33,800 nt of DNA from a virus (Duplodnaviria > Heunggongvirae > Uroviricota > Caudoviricetes): IMG/VR virus record IMGVR_UViG_3300028561_000525; one strand, 5' to 3'. The translations under genes were made by a program, and so were the position numbers. Of this stretch, positions 22,132 through 29,426 are shown one piece after another (position 1 is the first letter of the stretch; every line of letters starts with the position of its first letter). Below the pieces are notes generated by a model. It made no database searches and was not told where the DNA came from. It worked only from the letters and a program-made list of their open reading frames with translations.

Positions 22132-22401
22132 ATGAAGCAGTTGACACAAAAAAATCTGGATGAAATCCTGTCGAAGATGTTTGAAATGGTTGGTGCCATT
22201 TATGATCCTTCCGTAGTAAAGAAAGAGAGATGGTATCTGAAATACAGATGGACAAAGATGCAGGAAGAACAATTCAGAAAGTGGTTGGTTTCTTATCTGA
22301 AGAAAAATAAGTTCTGTTTGAACACAAAGATTGCCGAAAAAGAAGCCAATTATTTTCTTCTTTGGACGGGATTTCCAACATCGGATTTTGAGAAAAAATA
22401 A
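22132..22401 (+). CDS. Hypothetical protein (89 aa)
   Basis: GGAG SD; MKQLTQKNLDEILSKMFEMVG... Confidence 0.65.
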   Translation: MKQLTQKNLDEILSKMFEMVGAIYDPSVVKKERWYLKYRWTKMQEEQFRKWLVSYLKKNKFCLNTKIAEKEANYFLLWTGFPTSDFEKK

Positions 22402-22475
22402 GCGGGGTTCGTATAGTGGTAATACCTCAGCCTTCCAAGCTGATGCCGAGGGTTCAATTCCCTTACCCCGCTCCA
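22402..22475 (+). tRNA. tRNA-Gly(TCC)
   Basis: Cloverleaf; TCAGC-CTTCCAA-GCTGA; CCA. Confidence 0.92.
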
Positions 22476-22479
22476 GAAA

Positions 22480-22680
22480 ATGTGTGATATGAGTTTGTTT
22501 TTTTATTTAATATTAGTTTTTATTGCGGGTGTTTTGATTGATGTGGTCATAACCGTGTATACACAGGCCGTGGCAAATAAAAAGGTATGGTCTGCTACAA
22601 TCACGGCCATATTGATTACATTGATCAACTTTATTTTCATCGTGTCAATTTTACAGGGTAAGCTGTGGGTAACGGTATAG
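22480..22680 (+). CDS. Small two-TM membrane protein
   Basis: Hydrophobic ORF. Confidence 0.55.
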   Translation: MCDMSLFFYLILVFIAGVLIDVVITVYTQAVANKKVWSATITAILITLINFIFIVSILQGKLWVTV

Positions 22681-22714
22681 GAACTTTCTTCACGATGAAA
22701 AGAAAGGGTGCATA

Positions 22715-23632
22715 ATGGACTACAGGATTTTCCGAAAACTCGATGAGCTAACTCCTGTAGATTGTGTCAGTAATGTGGGAGATTTTGATGAAGTCCTTTT
22801 CAAAAGGGATGACTTGTTTCTTCCCTTCGAAGATACTCCGAGATTGGGTGGGGGGAAAGTAAGACAAGCCATTTCCCTTTTTTGTTCTTTGACAGACAAA
22901 TTGAAACGGTATAACGGAATATCCAGTTATGTTTCTGTTTCTTCGCCTCAGGCAATGGTCGTGACAAGGACGGCTAAGGAATTTGGGTATAAGACACATC
23001 TGGTGATTGGTGTAAACTCTCCCGTCAAGGATGTGATAAAGAAGCATCGCCCAATCAGGGAATGTCACAGGGCAGGAGCAGAAATTCATAACCTTGCCAA
23101 AATCGGGTACAATACTGTAATCAAAAACAAGGCACAGAAGTTTTCCGCAAAACACAATTTATATCTTATTAATTTCGGAATTAATGTGGATGAGAATACC
23201 GAGGCTCTTGTGGGTTCTGTGGCTGATCAGGTTAAAAATATACCTGATAAATTAACCGCGATTGTCGTACCCGTTGGAAGTGGAATACAATTCGCCTCGA
23301 TTATTGCCGGCGTAAAGAAATATCGAAAGGATATTGACAGGATTATCGGTATACAGATATCGGGATATGACAGAAAAAAAGATATCAATCACATATTGGA
23401 TAAACTGGATATAAAATGTGACTATGAGTTCTATATTGACAAGACTTATCCATACACAAAACATATAACGGCCAAGATAACCAATACCGATGATTATAGT
23501 AAGAGTTTTGAAATGAATGTTGTATATGAATCGAAAGCCTGGAAAGCACTCTTGAGAGAGAGATATGGTTTGAAGAGAAAGGACACAATCCTATTCTGGA
23601 TAGTGGGAAATAATAATTATCTTTATACATAA
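22715..23632 (+). CDS. PLP-dependent fold-type II enzyme (ACC deaminase/D-cysteine desulfhydrase-like)
   Basis: FKRDDL...GGGKVRQ (PLP Lys), SVSSPQ, IVVPVGSG. Confidence 0.8.
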   Translation: MDYRIFRKLDELTPVDCVSNVGDFDEVLFKRDDLFLPFEDTPRLGGGKVRQAISLFCSLTDKLKRYNGISSYVSVSSPQAMVVTRTAKEFGYKTHLVIGVNSPVKDVIKKHRPIRECHRAGAEIHNLAKIGYNTVIKNKAQKFSAKHNLYLINFGINVDENTEALVGSVADQVKNIPDKLTAIVVPVGSGIQFASIIAGVKKYRKDIDRIIGIQISGYDRKKDINHILDKLDIKCDYEFYIDKTYPYTKHITAKITNTDDYSKSFEMNVVYESKAWKALLRERYGLKRKDTILFWIVGNNNYLYT

Positions 23633-23633
23633 T

Positions 23634-23710
23634 GCTACCGTAGCTCAGTTCGGTGGAGCACATCCTTGGTAAGGATAAGGTCGGCAGTTCGACTCTGCCC
23701 GGTAGCTCCA
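23634..23710 (+). tRNA. tRNA-Thr(GGT)
   Basis: Cloverleaf; ATCC-TTGGTAA-GGAT; CCA. Confidence 0.9.
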
Positions 23711-23719
23711 AGAAAATAT

Positions 23720-23795
23720 AGCCGGGTAGCTCAACTGGTGGAGCATTCGACTGATAATCGAAAGGTCGTGAGTTCAACTCTCACCTCGGCTACCA
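23720..23795 (+). tRNA. tRNA-Ile(GAT)
   Basis: Cloverleaf; TTCGA-CTGATAA-TCGAA; CCA. Confidence 0.92.
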
Positions 23796-23801
23796 TAATA
23801 T

Positions 23802-23881
23802 GGCGGTGTGAAGGGAATTTTGGCATACCTTGGAAGCTCAAACCTTCCAGCTTGTGAGTTCGAATCTCACCGCCGCCACCA
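23802..23881 (+). tRNA. tRNA-Leu(CAA), short variable loop
   Basis: GGAAG-CTCAAAC-CTTCC; A73; CCA. Confidence 0.88.
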
Positions 23882-23913
23882 TATCTCTCTGGTTTTCTTG
23901 GATATATTTACAC

Positions 23914-23942
23914 TTTACGAGTTACTTGAAATATGATACAAT
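23914..23942 (+). promoter_or_regulatory. Early promoter TTTACG-N17-TACAAT
   Basis: Spacer almost identical to the promoter at 25721. Confidence 0.7.
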
Positions 23943-23958
23943 ATGTTATGGTGATATT

Positions 23959-24378
23959 ATGAAAATAGGTTTTACTGGAACGAAACGGGGAATGACCCGT
24001 GATCAGAAATGTTGCCTTATAGGCATCCTTGCCGTTTCATCACCTGATGAATTTCATCACGGTGATTGTGTGGGGGCAGATGAACAGGCACATTCGATTG
24101 CGACGAACCTTACAGAAAATGTAATTATACATCCACCTATAAAGGATATACTGAGGGCTTTCTGTGAGGCCAAAACTATTTTACCACCAAAAGATTATCT
24201 TGATAGAAACCACGATATTGTGGATGCCTGCGACCTACTGGTGGCGACACCGTGTACAAGATATGAAGTCACAAGAAGTGGAACTTGGGCAACCATCAGG
24301 TATGCGAGAAAAAGAAATAAACAGATTATTATAATTTGGCCGGAAGGTGATTATGCTAAAGAAAATGTTGAAAAATAA
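23959..24378 (+). CDS. SLOG-superfamily (DprA/YpsA-like) Rossmannoid protein
   Basis: IGFTGTKRG, HHGDCVGAD, RNHDIVD, SGTWATIRYA. Confidence 0.8.
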   Translation: MKIGFTGTKRGMTRDQKCCLIGILAVSSPDEFHHGDCVGADEQAHSIATNLTENVIIHPPIKDILRAFCEAKTILPPKDYLDRNHDIVDACDLLVATPCTRYEVTRSGTWATIRYARKRNKQIIIIWPEGDYAKENVEK

Positions 24379-24571
24379 GAAGGTGAATTTTTCGGGCAAA
24401 ATGGATGATGATTGTCTTGTTGTCCATATTGTTGCTGACGAAAACGGTAAAAAGATTTGTGACTTGAAACTTTCAACGCAGGAAGTTCTCAATCTTGTCG
24501 AATACGCGATAAAGGACATATTCGGCCGGCTTGAAAAGGATTTGAAGGAGGGAAAAGAAGATGTACTATAA
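24347..24571 (+). CDS. Hypothetical protein (74 aa)
   Basis: ORF track; overlaps neighbours. Confidence 0.55.
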   Translation: MIMLKKMLKNKKVNFSGKMDDDCLVVHIVADENGKKICDLKLSTQEVLNLVEYAIKDIFGRLEKDLKEGKEDVL

Positions 24572-25364
24572 TTATAGAAGGGGAGTTATAAATCCATTCT
24601 TTCGGATTAAAAAGGAAGCTATTAAAACGGAAAGTGGAGTAAAAATCCCAGGCAGATGGGCTCTCTTAAATGCCAAGACAAATTCCCTTTTGGGGATAAT
24701 GTCGGCAGACTATGAAGTTGTTCTCAATTCACAAGTGGCTAAACTTTTTGATGAGGCTTTGAGAGATTATGAAATTGATAAAGTTGGAGACCATCTTGAT
24801 AATCTACAACGAAGATGGAAAAGAAGGATTATTCTCAAAGGTGAGAAAGTTACTTTTGAGGTGGATAGAGATGATCCTGTAACTATCGTCGTGGAGATAT
24901 TCAATGGCTACGATGTGAGGTCTGGTTTCGGATATGAGCTTCTTGCGTGCAGAAGTGTCTGTGAAAACGGATTACTGATGGCCAGAAGAAAAATCTTCAA
25001 GGAAAGTTATTATCACTTTACGGATAACCCGAAGAAACTCCAGCTTTCCATCGAAATGAAGTTTGACTATTTCAGGGAGAATGTTAAACTGTGGCAGAAG
25101 TGGGTCAGGGAAAGACAAACAAAAGATGATTTTATTCTCTTTGTAAATAAGAGGGAGTACCTCTCGGAGAAAATCAAGGAAGAAGTTATTGAAGGATATG
25201 ACTTGGTAATGTCCAAATCCGGTGTGGATAACAAATGGGGTCATTTTAATATTTTGACTTATCTTGCCACACACCAGACAAAAGCAAGAACTGGTTCACA
25301 TCTATTTTCGAATAGGTATAAGCTCTTTGAAAGGATGATAGAGGATTACTATACAGAAAAATAA
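24561..25364 (+). CDS. DUF932-like protein
   Basis: LLGIMSADYEVVLNSQ, FNGYD, RSVCENGL, W..FNILTYLATH. Confidence 0.75.
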   Translation: MYYNYRRGVINPFFRIKKEAIKTESGVKIPGRWALLNAKTNSLLGIMSADYEVVLNSQVAKLFDEALRDYEIDKVGDHLDNLQRRWKRRIILKGEKVTFEVDRDDPVTIVVEIFNGYDVRSGFGYELLACRSVCENGLLMARRKIFKESYYHFTDNPKKLQLSIEMKFDYFRENVKLWQKWVRERQTKDDFILFVNKREYLSEKIKEEVIEGYDLVMSKSGVDNKWGHFNILTYLATHQTKARTGSHLFSNRYKLFERMIEDYYTEK

Positions 25365-25365
25365 T

Positions 25366-25439
25366 TCACGGGTCGGCTAACGGTAGGCCGTCTGACTTTG
25401 GATCAGAAAATGGTGGTTCGATTCCATCTCCGTGAACCA
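25366..25439 (+). tRNA. tRNA-Gln(TTG)
   Basis: U1-A72; TCTGA-CTTTGGA-TCAGA; CCA. Confidence 0.9.
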
Positions 25440-25442
25440 TAT

Positions 25443-25517
25443 ACACGGGTCATCTAATCGGTAGGATATCTGGCTCTGAACCAGAAAATGCAGGATCGTG
25501 GCCTGCCCCGTGTTCCA
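25443..25517 (+). tRNA. tRNA-Gln(CTG)
   Basis: TCTGG-CTCTGAA-CCAGA; atypical T loop ATCGTGG; CCA. Confidence 0.82.
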
Positions 25518-25520
25518 GTA

Positions 25521-25656
25521 TAGGTAATAGGTACGGGATATTGTCTCACACTCTCACCGTTATGCACATCTCACCGAGCCTGCAGTAATCGTGTGAAAGG
25601 CCTATGTCGGACATTGTGATGGGATGAAAAGCTGGCAATCCCGTATTTATTGCCTA
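25521..25656 (+). ncRNA. Unidentified structured RNA
   Basis: 17-18 bp closing stem TAGGTAATAGGTACGGGA / TCCCGTATTTATTGCCTA. Confidence 0.5.
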
Positions 25657-25662
25657 AATAAT

Positions 25663-25696
25663 AGGGGGGTTATTTATGGTAACTCCCCGTTTTCTT
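25663..25696 (+). terminator. Intrinsic terminator
   Basis: GGGGGGTTAT/GTAACTCCCC plus T run. Confidence 0.65.
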
Positions 25697-25720
25697 TATA
25701 TTTTTTGTTGTTTTTTCTAC

Positions 25721-25749
25721 TTTACAAGTTACTTGAAATATGGTATAAT
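25721..25749 (+). promoter_or_regulatory. Early promoter TTTACA-N17-TATAAT
   Basis: TTTACAagttacttgaaatatggTATAAT. Confidence 0.8.
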
Positions 25750-25786
25750 ATATCAGTTATACTATAGAAAATAGAAAGGGGCTTTT

Positions 25787-26587
25787 ATGATTTTGAGATT
25801 TTCCGATAAGGGTTCTCCGTATGTAGAATTGGATGACCACAATAGGTTCATTTTTTCCAGGCTTACGGCGAACGAGAGGGGAATAAAGTATCTTCTGTAT
25901 ACCAATACTCCCCTGAACAATGATAAACTTACGGTCAGGGCCAGAGATAATTGGTTCACCACGATGTTTTTTAAAAATCCCACAAATGGGAAGATGAACG
26001 GAACAACGGGAACAAATCTCGGTATTCCCCATTCCTTCAAAACCAATGTCTTTTGGAAGAATGGTACTGTTTCTCTTTTGAGGAAAATGATTGGTAAACA
26101 TCTTCTTCCTACTGGTGAGTTTCCGGAAACTGCCTTTCCGGCTCTTGCGGAAGATATCGTGAAATATAACAGATTGGCTGACGGAGATAAAAAGAAGCTC
26201 GCACAACTCGTAAAGGATGAGGAAAAGAAAGAGGGAGAGAAGCCGGAGAAGAAGTCTACACGAAAACAGAAAAAGGAGAAAAAAGAAAAGCCCCTAAAGG
26301 AAAAGAAACAAAAACCGGAAAAGAAACAAAAACCGGAAAAGAAACAAAAACCGGAAAAGAAACAAAAACCGGAAAAGAAACAAAAACCGGAAAAGAAAGA
26401 GAAAACCAAGAAGGTCATAAAGAAAAAGGCCAAAAAAGTAAAGACCAAGGCAAAACCAAAAAAGAAAACCAAGAAGGTCGTGAAGAAAACCAAGAAGGTC
26501 GTGAAGCCTTCAAAGAAAAACAAAAAAAGAAGCAAAAAGGCAAAATCTAAAAAGATGAAAGTCGGGAAAAAATCAAAGAAAAGATAA
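25787..26587 (+). CDS. Protein with a globular N-domain and a histone H1/HC2-like Lys-rich tail
   Basis: C-terminal ~120 aa is about half Lys; (EKKQKP)x5 and KTKKVVK repeats. Confidence 0.75.
   Translation: MILRFSDKGSPYVELDDHNRFIFSRLTANERGIKYLLYTNTPLNNDKLTVRARDNWFTTMFFKNPTNGKMNGTTGTNLGIPHSFKTNVFWKNGTVSLLRKMIGKHLLPTGEFPETAFPALAEDIVKYNRLADGDKKKLAQLVKDEEKKEGEKPEKKSTRKQKKEKKEKPLKEKKQKPEKKQKPEKKQKPEKKQKPEKKQKPEKKEKTKKVIKKKAKKVKTKAKPKKKTKKVVKKTKKVVKPSKKNKKRSKKAKSKKMKVGKKSKKR
26300..26389 (+). repeat. Five perfect 18-bp tandem repeats GAAAAGAAACAAAAACCG
   Basis: In-frame coding repeat. Confidence 0.9.
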
Positions 26588-26599
26588 CTATGGTGATAT

Positions 26600-26944
26600 A
26601 TGATGATTTATGATCCTCCTCTCGATGGAATAAAAAGAGTATCTTTGGGTAAGTATGGTCTTTGTTCCAGATGTAAACATTTGAAGGTACAAATAACAAG
26701 ATTGCATGATGAATGTGTAATCTGTATGGCAAATAATGATAATCGTGGAACTTTACGGCCGAGCCGATATGATCCGGTTGTTATCTGCTCAGATTTCTAT
26801 CACAAGAACCAACCGGATTTGTGGGAAATGGAAAGGATGGCGACAATAATTGATGTAAATGTAAGAAAGCCCGCGGGTTTTGAGTTGAGCAGCACGGACG
26901 AAATAAGAGAAGTAACTGTTAAAAAACCAAAATGTGAGGATTAA
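26600..26944 (+). CDS. Cys-rich hypothetical protein
   Basis: CSRCKH, CVIC, CSDF. Confidence 0.65.
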   Translation: MMIYDPPLDGIKRVSLGKYGLCSRCKHLKVQITRLHDECVICMANNDNRGTLRPSRYDPVVICSDFYHKNQPDLWEMERMATIIDVNVRKPAGFELSSTDEIREVTVKKPKCED

Positions 26945-27137
26945 AATGAGAAAGCAGAAAGTTGTTGCTTACAAATATGTAGGAATTATTGACCGCTTAA
27001 AAAAGGATTTGTCGGGGAGAGAAGATATTTTCTGTCTCCATACAATGACAGATACTTTTGAGCAGACAAGAGCCTTGGATGATCGCCAATTCCCGTTCAA
27101 GAGGATTGTGAGGGTAAAAATCACAGAAATGAAATAA
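26934..27137 (+). CDS. Small basic hypothetical protein
   Basis: ORF track (start may be ATG 26946). Confidence 0.55.
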   Translation: MRIKMRKQKVVAYKYVGIIDRLKKDLSGREDIFCLHTMTDTFEQTRALDDRQFPFKRIVRVKITEMK

Positions 27138-27178
27138 TTCCTATTTCCACCTACATAAATACAATAAACATTATATAG

Positions 27179-27391
27179 GTGGGAACAATGGAAAAGAAAC
27201 CAATAATCGAAAAATGTGTGGGGTGTAAAAAAGTAACAGAGGATGGCTTCTGTAAGGTATATACCAATCCGGAAGCCAAGTGGTCTATAGGGGGTTGTTT
27301 TATAGCGACGCATATCTCCAAAGAGAAATCCTTTATGGCCAAGATGATGAACCCGTTGAAAGCATCCAAAAAGATGAAAAGAAAGAAATAG
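27179..27391 (+). CDS. PxxKW-family Cys-rich protein, copy 1
   Basis: IIEKCVGC...CKVYTNPEAKWSIGGCFIATH...MNPLKASK. Confidence 0.8.
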   Translation: MGTMEKKPIIEKCVGCKKVTEDGFCKVYTNPEAKWSIGGCFIATHISKEKSFMAKMMNPLKASKKMKRKK

Positions 27392-27404
27392 AAAGGAAAG
27401 TAAA

Positions 27405-27662
27405 ATGTTGAAAATGCCTGTAATAGAAAAGTGTGGTAACTGTGAAAAGATAAAGGACGGCTTTTGCACGGTGTATAGCTCCAGCCGATTTCTCGCACCA
27501 GTGGTGCGAGAAATCGGCTGGGTGAACCCAGCTGGTAAGTGGGCTGTCGGCGGTTGCTTTATCGCCACACATATCAAGAGGACAATGGTTGAGAAGAAGA
27601 AAGTCAACCCATTGAAGGCTTCCAAGAGGGGGGCAAGTGTTATAATTCCCCCAATGAAATAA
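27405..27662 (+). CDS. PxxKW-family Cys-rich protein, copy 2 (with insertion)
   Basis: VIEKCGNC...CTVY[insert]NPAGKWAVGGCFIATH...VNPLKASKRG. Confidence 0.8.
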   Translation: MLKMPVIEKCGNCEKIKDGFCTVYSSSRFLAPVVREIGWVNPAGKWAVGGCFIATHIKRTMVEKKKVNPLKASKRGASVIIPPMK

Positions 27663-27668
27663 GATAAT

Positions 27669-27756
27669 GGAGAGGTGGATATTTTGGCATATCAAGCGGT
27701 CTTGAAAACCGTCGCTTCGAAAGGGGTTGCAGGTTCGAATCCTGTCCTCTCCGCCA
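27669..27756 (+). tRNA. tRNA-Ser(TGA)
   Basis: GCGGT-CTTGAAA-ACCGT; long variable arm; G73; CCA. Confidence 0.88.
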
Positions 27757-27761
27757 AGTTT

Positions 27762-27855
27762 GGAAGGGAGCCGAATATTGGTTAGTCGGGGCTGCCTGCT
27801 AAGCAGTTGATTCTTTTTATAGGGTCTGAGGGTTCAATTCCCTTCCCTTCCGCCA
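27762..27855 (+). tRNA. tRNA-Ser(GCT)
   Basis: GCTGC-CTGCTAA-GCAGT; long variable arm; G73; CCA. Confidence 0.9.
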
Positions 27856-27865
27856 AAAGGTTTAT

Positions 27866-28144
27866 ATGTGGAAACGAATTATAAAATATCCGGTGGCAAC
27901 ATTACTGGCCACCATTGCGTATTTTTATACTTGGTTTGAACGCTTTGTAAAAAATAGAGGAAGTATGGCGCCAAAATATTTTGTTGTCTGTGAACATTGT
28001 AAACACAAATTCGACTATCTGGAATATCCGGAAGTCGCAATGGGATATAAGTTATGCCCGAAATGTGGTTGGGCAATAGATCAATCCGGCCAGGCTTGGC
28101 CTCCACCGGAACAACCACCAATAAGATTTGGAAGCGTGCGATAA
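27866..28144 (+). CDS. Zn-ribbon protein
   Basis: CEHC...CPKC; true start may be the internal MAPKY; 3' end overlaps tRNA-Ser. Confidence 0.6.
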   Translation: MWKRIIKYPVATLLATIAYFYTWFERFVKNRGSMAPKYFVVCEHCKHKFDYLEYPEVAMGYKLCPKCGWAIDQSGQAWPPPEQPPIRFGSVR

Positions 28145-28223
28145 TTGGTAGTCGGCACGATTGGAGATCGTGTGGGGGTGTGAACAGCATCCCCTGTAGG
28201 TTCAAGTCCTATCGCTTCCGCCA
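28130..28223 (+). tRNA. tRNA-Ser(GGA)
   Basis: CACGA-TTGGAGA-TCGTG; long variable arm; G73; CCA. Confidence 0.9.
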
Positions 28224-28236
28224 AGGGAGAAAGGAG

Positions 28237-29106
28237 ATGGAAACAAAACTAAGACGATATCTAACAGAAACATTCAGGGGTAGAATATTGATGATCTCTA
28301 TGAAAAGCACGGTGGTCGATTTTCTGAGAGAACATTTTGAAAATATAGTTGACTGTAAATGGACTGATATTGTCTTTGAAGAGGATATATTGATCCGGGG
28401 CGAGAGTTTGGGGAGTTATAATTTTGTAATAGTCGGCTACGGGGATCATATTAATATGGCATCTACCGTTATAAATTATTTGAAATTACATAACATAAGA
28501 TATCTCTGTTACGGAAAAGGCTCGAATGAAACCAGTAAGATTTCTCAGAACTCAAAATTTGAGGAGATGTCAATTCCACAACCTAAAACTATTATTTCTT
28601 CAAAAATGAAAACATCGTCCGAGGAACTATTCTCAAAATTGGGTTTGCCGGTTGTGGTCAAGTCTCTTGATACTGCACGAGGAGAAGGTGTGTCAAAGAT
28701 AGATAAGAGGTTTCAACTTGACAAATTTCTTTCTATGGGTAATAAAGAGGACTTTTTCATATTCCAAGAATTTATACCCAATGATGGGGATATTAGGGTC
28801 TTTTTCTTCAGAGGTCAAATACTCTACTCTATAAAAAGAAAAAGTTCCTCGCCAAAGGAATTCAGAAATAATATTTCTTTGGGCGGGAAACAGGAATATA
28901 TTGACAAACTTCCACCGGAAGTAGAAGATCTTGCTATTAAAGTCGATAGGATATTCAATCTCGATTTCGCCGGGGTTGATATTGTACAGAATAAGAAAAC
29001 TGGTGAATGGTTGGTATTCGAAATTAATCCCGCTCCCCAATTTTTTGGTGATGAAAAATATGTAATTCCTGTAATCATTGATTATATCAATAGAGGAAAT
29101 ATATGA
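28237..29106 (+). CDS. RimK-like ATP-grasp ligase with N-terminal METKLRRYLTE motif
   Basis: PVVVKSL...RGEGV, FQEFIP..GDIRV, EFRNNISLGG, FAGVDI, FEINPAP; AAGGAG SD before ATG 28237. Confidence 0.9.
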   Translation: METKLRRYLTETFRGRILMISMKSTVVDFLREHFENIVDCKWTDIVFEEDILIRGESLGSYNFVIVGYGDHINMASTVINYLKLHNIRYLCYGKGSNETSKISQNSKFEEMSIPQPKTIISSKMKTSSEELFSKLGLPVVVKSLDTARGEGVSKIDKRFQLDKFLSMGNKEDFFIFQEFIPNDGDIRVFFFRGQILYSIKRKSSSPKEFRNNISLGGKQEYIDKLPPEVEDLAIKVDRIFNLDFAGVDIVQNKKTGEWLVFEINPAPQFFGDEKYVIPVIIDYINRGNI

Positions 29107-29420
29107 AAGACATTTTGAAAAATATCATCTATAAGATAACTTATTTTATGATGAATGTTGTCTGGTTATCCCCGTGGGGAAGAGCTATCATTCACAAGGC
29201 AGTTGATCTCTATTTATCGAGTGCGCTCTTTAGTGAAAGAGCTAAAATCTTTGGAAAGATGGAAGCGGCCAAAATGTTTTCGTATCGGGAATATAAATTT
29301 TTTCGTGATATGGCAATCAGGGATATTTTGTTTTTGTTGTCGATATTTCCCAATCCCTATTGGTCTTTGAGAGAATTGGAAGAAAAGAATTATCCGCATT
29401 GCACATATATGAAAGTATAG
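29103..29420 (+). CDS. Hypothetical protein (105 aa)
   Basis: ORF track; ATGA overlap. Confidence 0.55.
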   Translation: MKDILKNIIYKITYFMMNVVWLSPWGRAIIHKAVDLYLSSALFSERAKIFGKMEAAKMFSYREYKFFRDMAIRDILFLLSIFPNPYWSLRELEEKNYPHCTYMKV

Positions 29421-29426
29421 AAAGGG

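Noticed and set aside
26300-26389. 18-bp repeats as a CRISPR array
   Set aside because: No spacers; tandem in-frame coding repeat
25762-26535. 257-aa Phe-rich minus-strand ORF
   Set aside because: Antisense shadow of the Lys-rich repeat gene (AAA/AAG read as TTT/CTT); the promoter and SD support the plus-strand gene
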